Shown one piece after another: positions 1 to 8,299 of a stretch of 32,000 nucleotides of DNA (position 1 is its first letter; each line of letters begins with the position of its first letter). The DNA is from Candidatus Velamenicoccus archaeovorus (GTDB lineage Bacteria; Omnitrophota; Gorgyraeia; Velamenicoccales; Velamenicoccaceae), in the NCBI RefSeq assembly GCF_004102945.1, contig NZ_CP019384.1:1860001-1892000 (forward strand), written 5' to 3'. The notes beneath the pieces are model-generated. The model made no database searches, was not told where the DNA came from, and saw only the letters and a program-made list of their open reading frames with translations. The translations under genes and the position numbers were made by a program.

Positions 1-18
1 ATTTATAGAGAGGGATCC

Positions 19-1242
19 TCATTTGCGCACCGCCCCCTTGTGATACAGCACGTCGATACCGGTCTCGATCGCCTTCTTGGCGATGTATTCATATGTGGCC
101 GTTTCAATCCGGTTCGCCCAGCAGTGATTCGCCGCCGGTTTCAATGGATTGCCGGTCACGGTGTAATTCTCAGCCAAGCACATTGCCCGCGGGCAACAGC
201 GGATATCGCCGTCAAAACAAACCTCGCAATCCCTGCAATGCTCGTAAAGCTCATCGATCCAATCGCCCATCTTTTTGAAAAAGAATGCCGTATCGTTAAA
301 CCCGCTCCACACATCCCCGATCTTGAACTCCGGATAATTGGCAAAAAAATCGCACGGGTATATCTCGCCCTTGTTATTCACAGCCAGATACAGATACCCG
401 CACCCGCAAAACGTGGGCGGCACGTCCTTGAGCGCGATACCTTTCAACTTGCGATAAATGTTGTTTTTTAACGCAATATCCCATTGACTCCGTCCGAACT
501 TCGGCTTGCCTGAAAAGTAAACGTAATCCGCAACGCGCCTAAACAAGTCCTTGAACTGCTCGTTCTTGTCCCTGACCATATCCCAATGCCGGGCCGAGGA
601 TATCCGCACCACTGGCACACCGTATTCATAAAGCCTGATAATCTCCTCATAGATCCCCGGCCGCTCCGAATCATCGACCACATAATGAACGTCTCCGCCG
701 TTGGCCTTCACAAGATCAAGCACCTCTCCTGCCTTATCCAGATATCCCTCTCCCAGAACGCCGCGCAAAGCCGATATGCTGACGCTCAAATTGAGGTGGT
801 ATTTATGCCTCAAAACCCATTCCCGAATGCCCGGATCATTCAAAAGAACCAACCCGTTTGTTGTCACCACATAGCGGTACATGCAATAGGTATCGCAAAG
901 GTACTGCACCATTGGAAAATTCAAGAACGGCTCACCGCCGAATATACTGAACTTGACGCGCCTCTCATCGAACGTGCGTGAGGCCCAGTCCTCGGCCGCA
1001 TCAATAACATCCCGCGTGATCCCGCTGTCCTTCTGCCTGAATTCCTTGGGCTGATAGCAATAAGCACAGCGCAGATTGCAGTCCTGCGTCATCAGAAAAT
1101 AAACCGTGGTGTATTCCTGCTTGCCGTCCGTTATCGAACCGATATCGAACATTCCCTCGGCCTTGTACCGCTTGATCACCTCACGGCACTGTAACGGCAA
1201 ATCGCCGCACGCCTTGCTATTCTTAAGCTCAAATACCGGCAT
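19..1242 (-). CDS. radical SAM enzyme with C-terminal SPASM-type auxiliary Fe-S domain (peptide/protein-modifying maturase family)
   Basis: 407 aa. It has the CxxxCxxC motif 'CNLRCAYCYQ' and the 'GGEPFLNF' SAM-binding motif. The C-terminal Cys clusters 'CGCGYLYLAVNNKGEIYPC' and 'CRDCEVCFDGDIRCCPRAMC' fit a SPASM domain. RBS context is GGAGGATTAATG at 1242. Confidence 0.85.
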   Translation of the reverse strand: MPVFELKNSKACGDLPLQCREVIKRYKAEGMFDIGSITDGKQEYTTVYFLMTQDCNLRCAYCYQPKEFRQKDSGITRDVIDAAEDWASRTFDERRVKFSIFGGEPFLNFPMVQYLCDTYCMYRYVVTTNGLVLLNDPGIREWVLRHKYHLNLSVSISALRGVLGEGYLDKAGEVLDLVKANGGDVHYVVDDSERPGIYEEIIRLYEYGVPVVRISSARHWDMVRDKNEQFKDLFRRVADYVYFSGKPKFGRSQWDIALKNNIYRKLKGIALKDVPPTFCGCGYLYLAVNNKGEIYPCDFFANYPEFKIGDVWSGFNDTAFFFKKMGDWIDELYEHCRDCEVCFDGDIRCCPRAMCLAENYTVTGNPLKPAANHCWANRIETATYEYIAKKAIETGIDVLYHKGAVRK

Positions 1243-1624
1243 TAATCCTCCAGTCCAGCTTGCTTAAGCCCGGCTCGATCTCCTCGATATCCAGCCCAAG
1301 CCTGTCTTTGAAGACCGTGCGATGCGTATCATTAAGCGCAACTACATGCGAGGCATAAATCTTGTCCCTGTGCTTCCCAGCCAGAAACAAAACAAACGCC
1401 GAAATATTGCCCTTGTCGCCCTCGACTCCCAGCTCCTGATAAACCTCGCATAGCGCATCTATGAGCGCTTGAACGCTCATGAACCGCTTATGCGTGAAAC
1501 ATTGAACGGTCAATTCATCGAGATTATTCCTGCACCAGTTAACCAGCTCGCTGACGGCGTTCTCGCCTTCCAGCCGCGCGATCCTGAACGATACTTCCTG
1601 TGCCTTTACCTGATCCTGAAACAT
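1229..1624 (-). CDS. hypothetical protein (131 aa) between the Cys-rich protein and the rSAM enzyme
   Basis: The track ORF 1229..1747 overlaps the upstream gene. The internal ATG at 1624 has the RBS context GGTGAGGAAATG and lies 4 nt after the upstream stop. Its 3' end overlaps the rSAM start by 14 nt. I recognise no motif. Confidence 0.55.
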   Translation of the reverse strand: MFQDQVKAQEVSFRIARLEGENAVSELVNWCRNNLDELTVQCFTHKRFMSVQALIDALCEVYQELGVEGDKGNISAFVLFLAGKHRDKIYASHVVALNDTHRTVFKDRLGLDIEEIEPGLSKLDWRINAGI

Positions 1625-1628
1625 TTCC

Positions 1629-2366
1629 TCACCATGAATAAGGGTTACATTTACAATTCCACGCGCTATGGTTATGCCCGCCCGAATACTCGCACGTCCC
1701 CCAGTTCGATCCCGGCGGCGTATATACACACCAGTCCCACGGCACATAGCCGTCCCAAGCCACTGTCGACAACGGATTGCCGGATGCCGACTTGTACGGA
1801 TGCTCTGTTACCGAAGGCAAGTTGATGCTGGCGCAAATCCAGTAATGATTGATCGAGTGGTGGCATTCCGAATATTTATGGTCATCGCACGCCACGCCCG
1901 CGTGAGAACAGGTCGTATAGTGATATCCGCAGTCCGCGCAATACTGGCACTGCTCAGTTTCACAGATACAGCCGGTCATGAGCGCCTGAACTTTCTGCAT
2001 CATCTGTCGGAAATGAATCCCCCTAACCTCCGTTGAAAGTGCCGTAATCGTTGGATCCGTAAAATCCATGCAACCGGAACTGTCCTGCGGGCAATATCCG
2101 GATTCACCGCGGCCCGATTTGCATGCCGCCAGTTCGGTACGCAATTGATCCACATGCACCTTCCGTATCTCTGTCACCAAAGCCGTGATCGTCGGATCCG
2201 TAAAAGACGCCTGCGTAAGCCCGCGCCGGGCAAACTCGGTGTTCAAAAACGACCTCAGCTCATCGACATGCACCTTGCGCACCTTTGAAGACAGATCCGT
2301 AAGCACCGGATCCGTCCAAGCCGGTGTATTCGATGAGCATTGTTTTGGGGGTAACTTATGCGCCAT
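1629..2366 (-). CDS. tail-module protein with three (W/F)TDPxxT...R..H...(L/M) repeats and a Cys/His/Trp-rich C-terminal domain (putative distal fibre or receptor-binding component)
   Basis: 245 aa, with RBS GGGAGAGATATG 8 nt after the tail-fibre stop. The repeats are 'WTDPVLTDLSSKVRKVHVDELRSFL', 'FTDPTITALVTEIRKVHVDQLRTEL' and 'FTDPTITALSTEVRGIHFRQMMQKV'. The last 114 aa contain 13 Cys, 9 His and 7 Trp by my count. Confidence 0.7.
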   Translation of the reverse strand: MAHKLPPKQCSSNTPAWTDPVLTDLSSKVRKVHVDELRSFLNTEFARRGLTQASFTDPTITALVTEIRKVHVDQLRTELAACKSGRGESGYCPQDSSGCMDFTDPTITALSTEVRGIHFRQMMQKVQALMTGCICETEQCQYCADCGYHYTTCSHAGVACDDHKYSECHHSINHYWICASINLPSVTEHPYKSASGNPLSTVAWDGYVPWDWCVYTPPGSNWGTCEYSGGHNHSAWNCKCNPYSW

Positions 2367-2374
2367 ATCTCTCC

Positions 2375-2866
2375 CTACGAAGCATAAACCGCCGTCTTAT
2401 CGAAAAAGCCCTTTGTCCCTGAGGCATTCGTTCCGTAATACTTGTTATTGCCGGGCGATGCCGCACCGCTTTCCAGCTTCGCGGTCGAAACCCCGCCGTC
2501 TTTCAACTGCAACTGATCGCCTGCCGACACCTGAAACATTGCCGTATCGATAAGCCCGTCCAGATATTCCGGCGTCGTATCGCTGACATCCGCCTTCAAT
2601 TTATTGGGCGAATTCTCAGTCGGAAGAACACCGGCCGCCGCTGGAACGCTGGCCAGCCCCGTCAAAGCAGTGCCGCTCACCTTGCTTGGCGAGGTTATCT
2701 GCGCCAGTTTCGTATCCTCTATTCCGGCACCCGGGGCAACTTTCTCATTGGTGATCTGAAGCGCAGGATCAGTCAACAGCTCCAGCGCCTCCCAATTGGC
2801 CCGGCACGCCGGAGGAAAATTGATCAAAAGCATGTCGTTTTCCGGTTTAGTCTTGTCCCAAGCCAT
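2375..2866 (-). CDS. tail fibre protein (short)
   Basis: The N-terminus 'MAWDKTKPENDMLLINFPPACRANWEALE' resembles the conserved N-terminal anchor seen in many phage tail-fibre proteins. It lies downstream of the J-like gene. I chose the start at ATG 2866 (RBS GAGAGGTGG) over the track start at 2899. Confidence 0.55.
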   Translation of the reverse strand: MAWDKTKPENDMLLINFPPACRANWEALELLTDPALQITNEKVAPGAGIEDTKLAQITSPSKVSGTALTGLASVPAAAGVLPTENSPNKLKADVSDTTPEYLDGLIDTAMFQVSAGDQLQLKDGGVSTAKLESGAASPGNNKYYGTNASGTKGFFDKTAVYAS

Positions 2867-3122
2867 CGCCCACCTCTCTTTTCTGATACGCCTCGGCAAC
2901 CGCGTTCATGTCGTAAAGCTCAATGCCGTGCTCGCGTAACATCTGGATCCAGCAGACATCATGTAGCGTCATCTGCCGGGCGTAGTTTTCTGCCTGCTCC
3001 GCGCATGTGAAAACAACCGGCTTCCTTTTCGGCATACGCAAAATAATGTCGCCCTTGACCGACATATACGCCATGTCATCCGGTATCTCTTTTTTGCATT
3101 TATTACAGATCAACTTGTCCAT
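2847..3122 (-). CDS. hypothetical small phage protein (N-terminal CxxC)
   Basis: 91-aa ORF co-directional with the tail operon, containing 'CNKCKKEIP'. I recognise no family. Confidence 0.45.
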   Translation of the reverse strand: MDKLICNKCKKEIPDDMAYMSVKGDIILRMPKRKPVVFTCAEQAENYARQMTLHDVCWIQMLREHGIELYDMNAVAEAYQKREVGDGLGQD

Positions 3123-3333
3123 CGCTCACTCCTTCCGACTGGTTCGCGTGCTTGATAAACTTCTGCAACACGCCGTTCAAGGTCGATTTATTAAACGCCG
3201 CGTCTTTAATCCCGATACTCTTGATCCGGCTGATCTGGCCGCCGTCATTGACTTTATATAAAATGACCCCGTTTAAAAACTCGCCTTTCTCAAACTCAAT
3301 AACCACCTTGTATGGAATCAATCCCTTTGCCAT
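3103..3333 (-). CDS. hypothetical small phage protein
   Basis: 76-aa ORF immediately downstream of the J-like gene on the same strand. I recognise no family. Confidence 0.45.
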   Translation of the reverse strand: MAKGLIPYKVVIEFEKGEFLNGVILYKVNDGGQISRIKSIGIKDAAFNKSTLNGVLQKFIKHANQSEGVSDGQVDL

Positions 3334-3341
3334 TACGCCTC

Positions 3342-6300
3342 CTAAATCCCGTGGCTGTGCCAGTCGAACATACCGGTCTGCACCACGCCCTGAGCGTCGT
3401 ACAGCTTCACCGTAAAGCCGGTGATGCTTTTATCCGTAAACTGCGAATAGATGCCGCTCCCGCTTCGAATCTCGATATGAACACTCGGCTCTTCGTGATA
3501 GGTCTTGCCAAAAAACACCTGCTTGCCGTCCACCGCCGAAACCACCGTATCGTTGCCGTAATCGTCGACATCCGGCAGATCTCCGAAATACTGAAACGTC
3601 GAACAGGTGATCTCATCGCCGATATTCTCGCGGTAAAGCGTGAGTTCAATCTGGAAATACCTGCAGTAATAATCGCCGGGCTGATAATTCTCCCAATCCT
3701 TCCATGTGATGTTGTCCTCTGACGTGCGGATCCGGAAACTGGCCGCGCGCAAGGTCTCCTGACCGGTAAAGCGGTAAGACGGACTGTCGTTGAATTTTGT
3801 GACACCGTCGGTATTAAACCGCCTGCCCAGCGAGGTCGAAACGATCACATCGATCCCGATATAAACACTGGCCACATACCCGAAATCCCTGACCGGTGTC
3901 GTATACGTCCCTGACATGACCCCGTCCGTGATCACGATCGACTCGCCTTCCTTTTCGATATTGTTCATCGCGCCTGCCCAAAGCGGCTGTTCCTGATACT
4001 CCGCGATGATATTTCTGAACGGAATCTCAGTGATCGTGACAACCGCCTCTTTTGCATTTACGGAATAATTGCCGGACGTATCGATCGCCTTGATCCAGTA
4101 CCGCTGGCCAATGCCGCGTTTGACATCCTTGGTGAGGTAATGCGTCCCCTGCTGAAGCGTGATGAACTCCGCGCTTTCCCAATCAAGGCCGCGCCGGATC
4201 TCATACCCCCACACATCCACATCCGGAATAGGCGTCCAGCCGAAATAAAGCATGTCCCTGTTGCGGTTAACCAGAAATGACGGCACATCCGAAGGCGGGG
4301 CCGATTTGCCGACAATCGTGATCGTGCTTTCAGGCGCGGTCGCAAGAGAACTCTCTTCGTTCAGGGAATCGAGCGAGGTCACCTTGACCTTGTAGGTCTG
4401 GTGGTCAACGATATCTCCGATGATCCTGAAATTCGTTCCCGAGGTTTCTCCCCGCGCGCGCCAGCTTAAACCATCATCATCGCTGATATATATTTTTGCC
4501 TTGGCATACGACTTGACGAAATGATCCACATAGGCTGGGCGGTCGAACCAGACATCGATCGCGTTCTCGATCGTTCCGTCTGCCTTCTTGACCAGCGACT
4601 CGGTCAGACTGAGGTTGCTGACAGCCGGGATCTCGCTCGATAAAGACGAATAGTTGTTCTGGGGCAGGATAATGTCCGAATCATCGTAAACCGCTTCGTT
4701 ATATTCCAGCGCGGATATCAGAACCTCGCTCTTGCCTTCGCGCTGGATCGATACGACCCTGAAATCCTTTTTGACCTTGTTTGTTTCGCCTATCGCGTAC
4801 ACATCGAAGCCCTGCGGATCCTGCGAAAACGCCTCGCACGAAACCTCCGCATGCGTTCCGGTCGGCGATGTGATAAGCCGCTCCTCGATCGTATCGTCCG
4901 CGAAGCGAACCTGAATCTTGTAGGACTTGCCGTCCTCAATAACCATCTCACGGTCTAATTTAACGAGCACATCCGTACTGCCGTCCTGCACCCTGCCGGA
5001 AAAGCCCCACTGCGGAACATCGTGCGATATCGAGATAACATCCCCTGCCTGACAAGCCACCGCATCGATCCCGGCCTTAAAACTAACCGACCGGTTGATA
5101 TACCGCGCCACCTTCAAGGCATAGCGCGCCGCGCGGATGGCATAACTTCCCCTTGTCGTAAAAAGCCGAATCTGGCTCTTGCGCATCGGCTCGCCTGATC
5201 CCAATAACTCCTCATCGATGTACGCGATCGTTTCCTGCTGATAGTTTTTCTCTTTATCGGTGAACTGAACCTCGATAACGTTCGGCACCTCTTTCAAGGT
5301 CTTCCAACTCTGCGCAAAGGAATCCTTGACGATACTGCCCATACCAAAGAGCTGTGTCGGCGTTGTCGGCCGGTCGATCCTAAAAGCCAGACCGCCCGCG
5401 CTGTATACCGGCATGGCATTGAACGTAGCGCAAAGCTGGATCAGGACATCAAGAGCCTTGTTGTTACTGTCGATCACCACATCCATCCGGAATCGTTTCT
5501 CATATCCGCCTTGGCCGTCCGGAACCCTCTCCTCGCAATACTGCGACATTTCAAGAAGCGACGCGTGATCCAGATTTTCTGATGCAATAAATTCACCCAG
5601 CCCGAACCGGCTGTTGATAATAAAATCCCTGAGGCACCAGACCGGATTCGCTGAATATCTCTGGGCAAACGACACGCCGTCCCACGAAAGCAAGGTGTCG
5701 TCCGCAAGCAAACGATAATCTGCACCGTCCCAGTAATAATCATCCCAAGCAACCGGATCCGTGCCGTTTTTGACATCCGGAACCGAAACCTTCCGCCCCT
5801 TTACAATCGAGGTAATATTCGGCATGGATCCCGAAAGCTGGTCGGTAGCCAGAAGCTGAAGCCCCAGAAGCGCGGTGTTCGGATAGCTCAAATCGTCTGT
5901 CTTGAGTTCATCGATCTGAAACAAAAGAAGATCGCCCTGTTTTAAGGGCTGAAGCGAACTATCCTCGCTGGTGCGGGTAATGCGGATATCGTACTGGCCC
6001 GGCGTAAGACCGGCCTTGCGGAATACGCGCCTGACTGATGAACGCGACTGCGCCGAAATCGTCGTCTCGCCCAGATCGATATACGTTCCTGAAGAATGCT
6101 CTTTATATTCAACCCGGTATGTAACGCTCCAGCTCTGGATATCCCCGGAGCTGGAATTCTGCTGATAGAGGCCGTTATTAAGCCGCAGGTGAATCTCAAA
6201 CGCCTCGACATCCAGATCGACCGTGGTGTAAATGTACGGATTGTTTTGCGTGAGGTTGGCGCTGACCGGATAAATATTGTGCAGATCCTCGAAATTCGGG

Positions 6301-6959
6301 ATCATGCTCTGGTAATTCGTACCGAAACGCTTGTTGACCGCAACGCCTTCGAAGTTATCGATTGGATTATTGTTAAGCTCGATATTTTCTATCGATTCGA
6401 TCTCGCCTTCACAGACAGCCAGAAGCACATTCAAATAATGCTTGTCACCGTCTTCCCATAGAAACTGATTGATGATATTGCCGCCGACCCGGTGCTCGCC
6501 GTAGACCACCGCTACCGGCACGCCGACCTCCTGAATCGTCTGAACGCCGTCCCAGCCATACGTGGGCGAACCCTCATCCATCCCGGCCGAGCCGAGATTG
6601 AAATCCGGCATTTTCGGCTGATTCATGTACTGATAAATGGCATACCCCATCGAGAGGACAAAGAACGTGAAAAGAAACGGATGCGCCACCGCGGCCGCCC
6701 AGACTGCCGAGATGATAAACGAAACAACTGCTACCACCGGCGCTTTGACCTCCGGCGCTACCACGATCTCGTCGCCCTCTTCAATACGCGAATCCAGATC
6801 TTCAATGCGTTTGCCGGTCACGATGACGCGTTTGTCTTTATAATCGAAGCCGGAATGCTCAAGATATTCGCGCACGGATTTGCTTCTGGAATAGGTGAAT
6901 TCCAGAACCGGAGCCTCTTCCGGCTTGAACGGATTGTCGATATTACGAACGGATATCAT
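3342..6959 (-). CDS. host-specificity / tip attachment protein J-like, with an N-terminal tail-assembly-protein-I-like segment (beta-grasp plus hydrophobic region) fused
   Basis: 1205 aa at the lambda J position, after the K-like gene. An FN3-like segment is present ('LYFGWTPIPDVDVWGYEIRRG'). The N-terminal ~110 aa carry a ThiS/MoaD-like 'GDEIVVAPEV' followed by a hydrophobic stretch, as in lambda gpI. Confidence 0.85.
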   Translation of the reverse strand: MISVRNIDNPFKPEEAPVLEFTYSRSKSVREYLEHSGFDYKDKRVIVTGKRIEDLDSRIEEGDEIVVAPEVKAPVVAVVSFIISAVWAAAVAHPFLFTFFVLSMGYAIYQYMNQPKMPDFNLGSAGMDEGSPTYGWDGVQTIQEVGVPVAVVYGEHRVGGNIINQFLWEDGDKHYLNVLLAVCEGEIESIENIELNNNPIDNFEGVAVNKRFGTNYQSMIPNFEDLHNIYPVSANLTQNNPYIYTTVDLDVEAFEIHLRLNNGLYQQNSSSGDIQSWSVTYRVEYKEHSSGTYIDLGETTISAQSRSSVRRVFRKAGLTPGQYDIRITRTSEDSSLQPLKQGDLLLFQIDELKTDDLSYPNTALLGLQLLATDQLSGSMPNITSIVKGRKVSVPDVKNGTDPVAWDDYYWDGADYRLLADDTLLSWDGVSFAQRYSANPVWCLRDFIINSRFGLGEFIASENLDHASLLEMSQYCEERVPDGQGGYEKRFRMDVVIDSNNKALDVLIQLCATFNAMPVYSAGGLAFRIDRPTTPTQLFGMGSIVKDSFAQSWKTLKEVPNVIEVQFTDKEKNYQQETIAYIDEELLGSGEPMRKSQIRLFTTRGSYAIRAARYALKVARYINRSVSFKAGIDAVACQAGDVISISHDVPQWGFSGRVQDGSTDVLVKLDREMVIEDGKSYKIQVRFADDTIEERLITSPTGTHAEVSCEAFSQDPQGFDVYAIGETNKVKKDFRVVSIQREGKSEVLISALEYNEAVYDDSDIILPQNNYSSLSSEIPAVSNLSLTESLVKKADGTIENAIDVWFDRPAYVDHFVKSYAKAKIYISDDDGLSWRARGETSGTNFRIIGDIVDHQTYKVKVTSLDSLNEESSLATAPESTITIVGKSAPPSDVPSFLVNRNRDMLYFGWTPIPDVDVWGYEIRRGLDWESAEFITLQQGTHYLTKDVKRGIGQRYWIKAIDTSGNYSVNAKEAVVTITEIPFRNIIAEYQEQPLWAGAMNNIEKEGESIVITDGVMSGTYTTPVRDFGYVASVYIGIDVIVSTSLGRRFNTDGVTKFNDSPSYRFTGQETLRAASFRIRTSEDNITWKDWENYQPGDYYCRYFQIELTLYRENIGDEITCSTFQYFGDLPDVDDYGNDTVVSAVDGKQVFFGKTYHEEPSVHIEIRSGSGIYSQFTDKSITGFTVKLYDAQGVVQTGMFDWHSHGI

Positions 6960-7446
6960 TTTTTAACCTGTAGAAACCTTCTGTTTTTGTTTTCCACGAC
7001 ACATCATCGAGCCGCGACACCACAACCCCCTGACGGCAACAATGGATAAAACGCCTTTTCGAAAGAACGATCCCCGCATGATTTGCCACTCCTTTCGAAT
7101 TGACGAACAATATCCCGTCCAAAACCTGCGGCGTTTCAACGCGATCCCAATCGTGGCCGTAATGCTCCCTGAAATAGTCCTTGCCGCTTAAACCCCACAC
7201 CTTGCTGTATTCCAGATCCTCAATATCGAAAAGCCTGTAACCGAGATCCGCATAGACGAGTTTTAGAAACCCCCAGCAGTCCAGCCCGTCTATCGTCCGG
7301 CCCCTGTGTCGATACGGTATCCCGAGATACTTGCCGATGATCGCCTTTTCTACATCACGTAGATTCTTCGCGTCGGCACGGATGGAAACGCCCCGAACCG
7401 GTGGTAATTCTCCAGCACCTTGCACCGCTGTTTGGTTTTGTTGCAT
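6943..7446 (-). CDS. NlpC/P60 (C40) domain tail protein, lambda K-like
   Basis: Catalytic-Cys context 'GLDCWGF' and a later His ('GVANHAGIV'). It sits between the L-like and J-like genes. The start at ATG 7446 has a strong RBS (GGAGGAGAGGTTTCATG). The track start at 7494 is probably an over-extension. Confidence 0.8.
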   Translation of the reverse strand: MQQNQTAVQGAGELPPVRGVSIRADAKNLRDVEKAIIGKYLGIPYRHRGRTIDGLDCWGFLKLVYADLGYRLFDIEDLEYSKVWGLSGKDYFREHYGHDWDRVETPQVLDGILFVNSKGVANHAGIVLSKRRFIHCCRQGVVVSRLDDVSWKTKTEGFYRLKNDIRS

Positions 7447-7961
7447 GAAACCTCTCCTCCGATATACCCGCATTCGGGCGACTTGAACTTCCACGCGCAG
7501 TAATTGCGCGCGTACCTGCGCGCGGGCAGATCAACGCCTAGAACATCGAACTTGCCGGTTAAAGTGAACTCCACGTTCTTCTGATCTGCCGTATAGCTGT
7601 CGATATAGAAAACGTCGTCCATATGCGCGTCCGGGTCCGTCAGATGGTCTGCCCAGACCATGCGGATCGTGACCTTCTTCCCGCGCAGATCAAACTGCTC
7701 CAGATATAGCTGAATCAGGCGTGAAACATTCCCCAGCCGCACCTTGACCTGATCGATCTGCCCCTGATTGTTCTCGCCGATAAACTCATGCGTGACCGGG
7801 AACTTCGAATAAACCTCTCCCTGATACGTCACATCCTGATCGAACCCCGCGATCCTCAAATCATTAATGGAGTCGTACTTTTCGAGAACGTATAAAAAGA
7901 TGGGCGCGTTCTCCTGTTTTGATTTCTCGCTTATAAAAGCGGGGCTGACATTTCTAGGCAT
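7350..7961 (-). CDS. minor tail protein L-like
   Basis: 203 aa at the lambda L position. It has a C-terminal four-Cys cluster 'CAWKFKSPECGYIGGEVSCNKTKQRC', like the Fe-S site described for gpL-family tail tip proteins. Confidence 0.75.
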   Translation of the reverse strand: MPRNVSPAFISEKSKQENAPIFLYVLEKYDSINDLRIAGFDQDVTYQGEVYSKFPVTHEFIGENNQGQIDQVKVRLGNVSRLIQLYLEQFDLRGKKVTIRMVWADHLTDPDAHMDDVFYIDSYTADQKNVEFTLTGKFDVLGVDLPARRYARNYCAWKFKSPECGYIGGEVSCNKTKQRCKVLENYHRFGAFPSVPTRRIYVM

Positions 7962-8299
7962 TGCTTCACCTCTATAAAATCAAACTCGAAGTCGTACACC
8001 TCATACGCCTTCATCGTGTATTTAAAACTGTCCTCGGCAAACCGAACCGTATACTCCACGGCATCGTTCGGGTTCGTCCATGTGAACGCCATAAACGAGC
8101 CGTATTTCGCGGAAAAGAAATTCCGCATCATCTCCATGTCCGCCTTTGACCTGCTGGAAAACCTGAGACGCCATTTGTGTAACGGCGCCGCCCACTTGCG
8201 CCTGCGCTGTTCAACGCCGCTTTCAAACTCCGAAATAAGCGTCTTGTATTCCAGCGTCTCTTCGAAAACAAAATCCGGTAAATAGCTAAAATCACTCAT
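7931..8299 (-). CDS. minor tail protein M-like
   Basis: 122-aa ORF directly after the tape measure, overlapping it by 4 nt. The call rests on synteny with lambda H-M-L-K-I-J only. Confidence 0.55.
   Translation of the reverse strand: MSDFSYLPDFVFEETLEYKTLISEFESGVEQRRRKWAAPLHKWRLRFSSRSKADMEMMRNFFSAKYGSFMAFTWTNPNDAVEYTVRFAEDSFKYTMKAYEVYDFEFDFIEVKQCLEMSAPLL

Noticed and set aside
3407-3805. A 132-aa alternative-frame minus-strand ORF inside the J-like gene, and similar ones at 4058..4345, 5474..5776 and 5942..6211.
   Set aside because: These are Arg/Ser/Pro-rich out-of-frame translations nested in a 1205-aa gene with coherent domain content. They have no RBS.
19-6959. A diversity-generating retroelement acting on the tail fibre or receptor-binding genes.
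   Set aside because: No reverse transcriptase ORF and no template/variable repeat pair were noticed in the tail-fibre region. The internal repeats of the 245-aa protein are in-frame protein repeats, not TR/VR copies.
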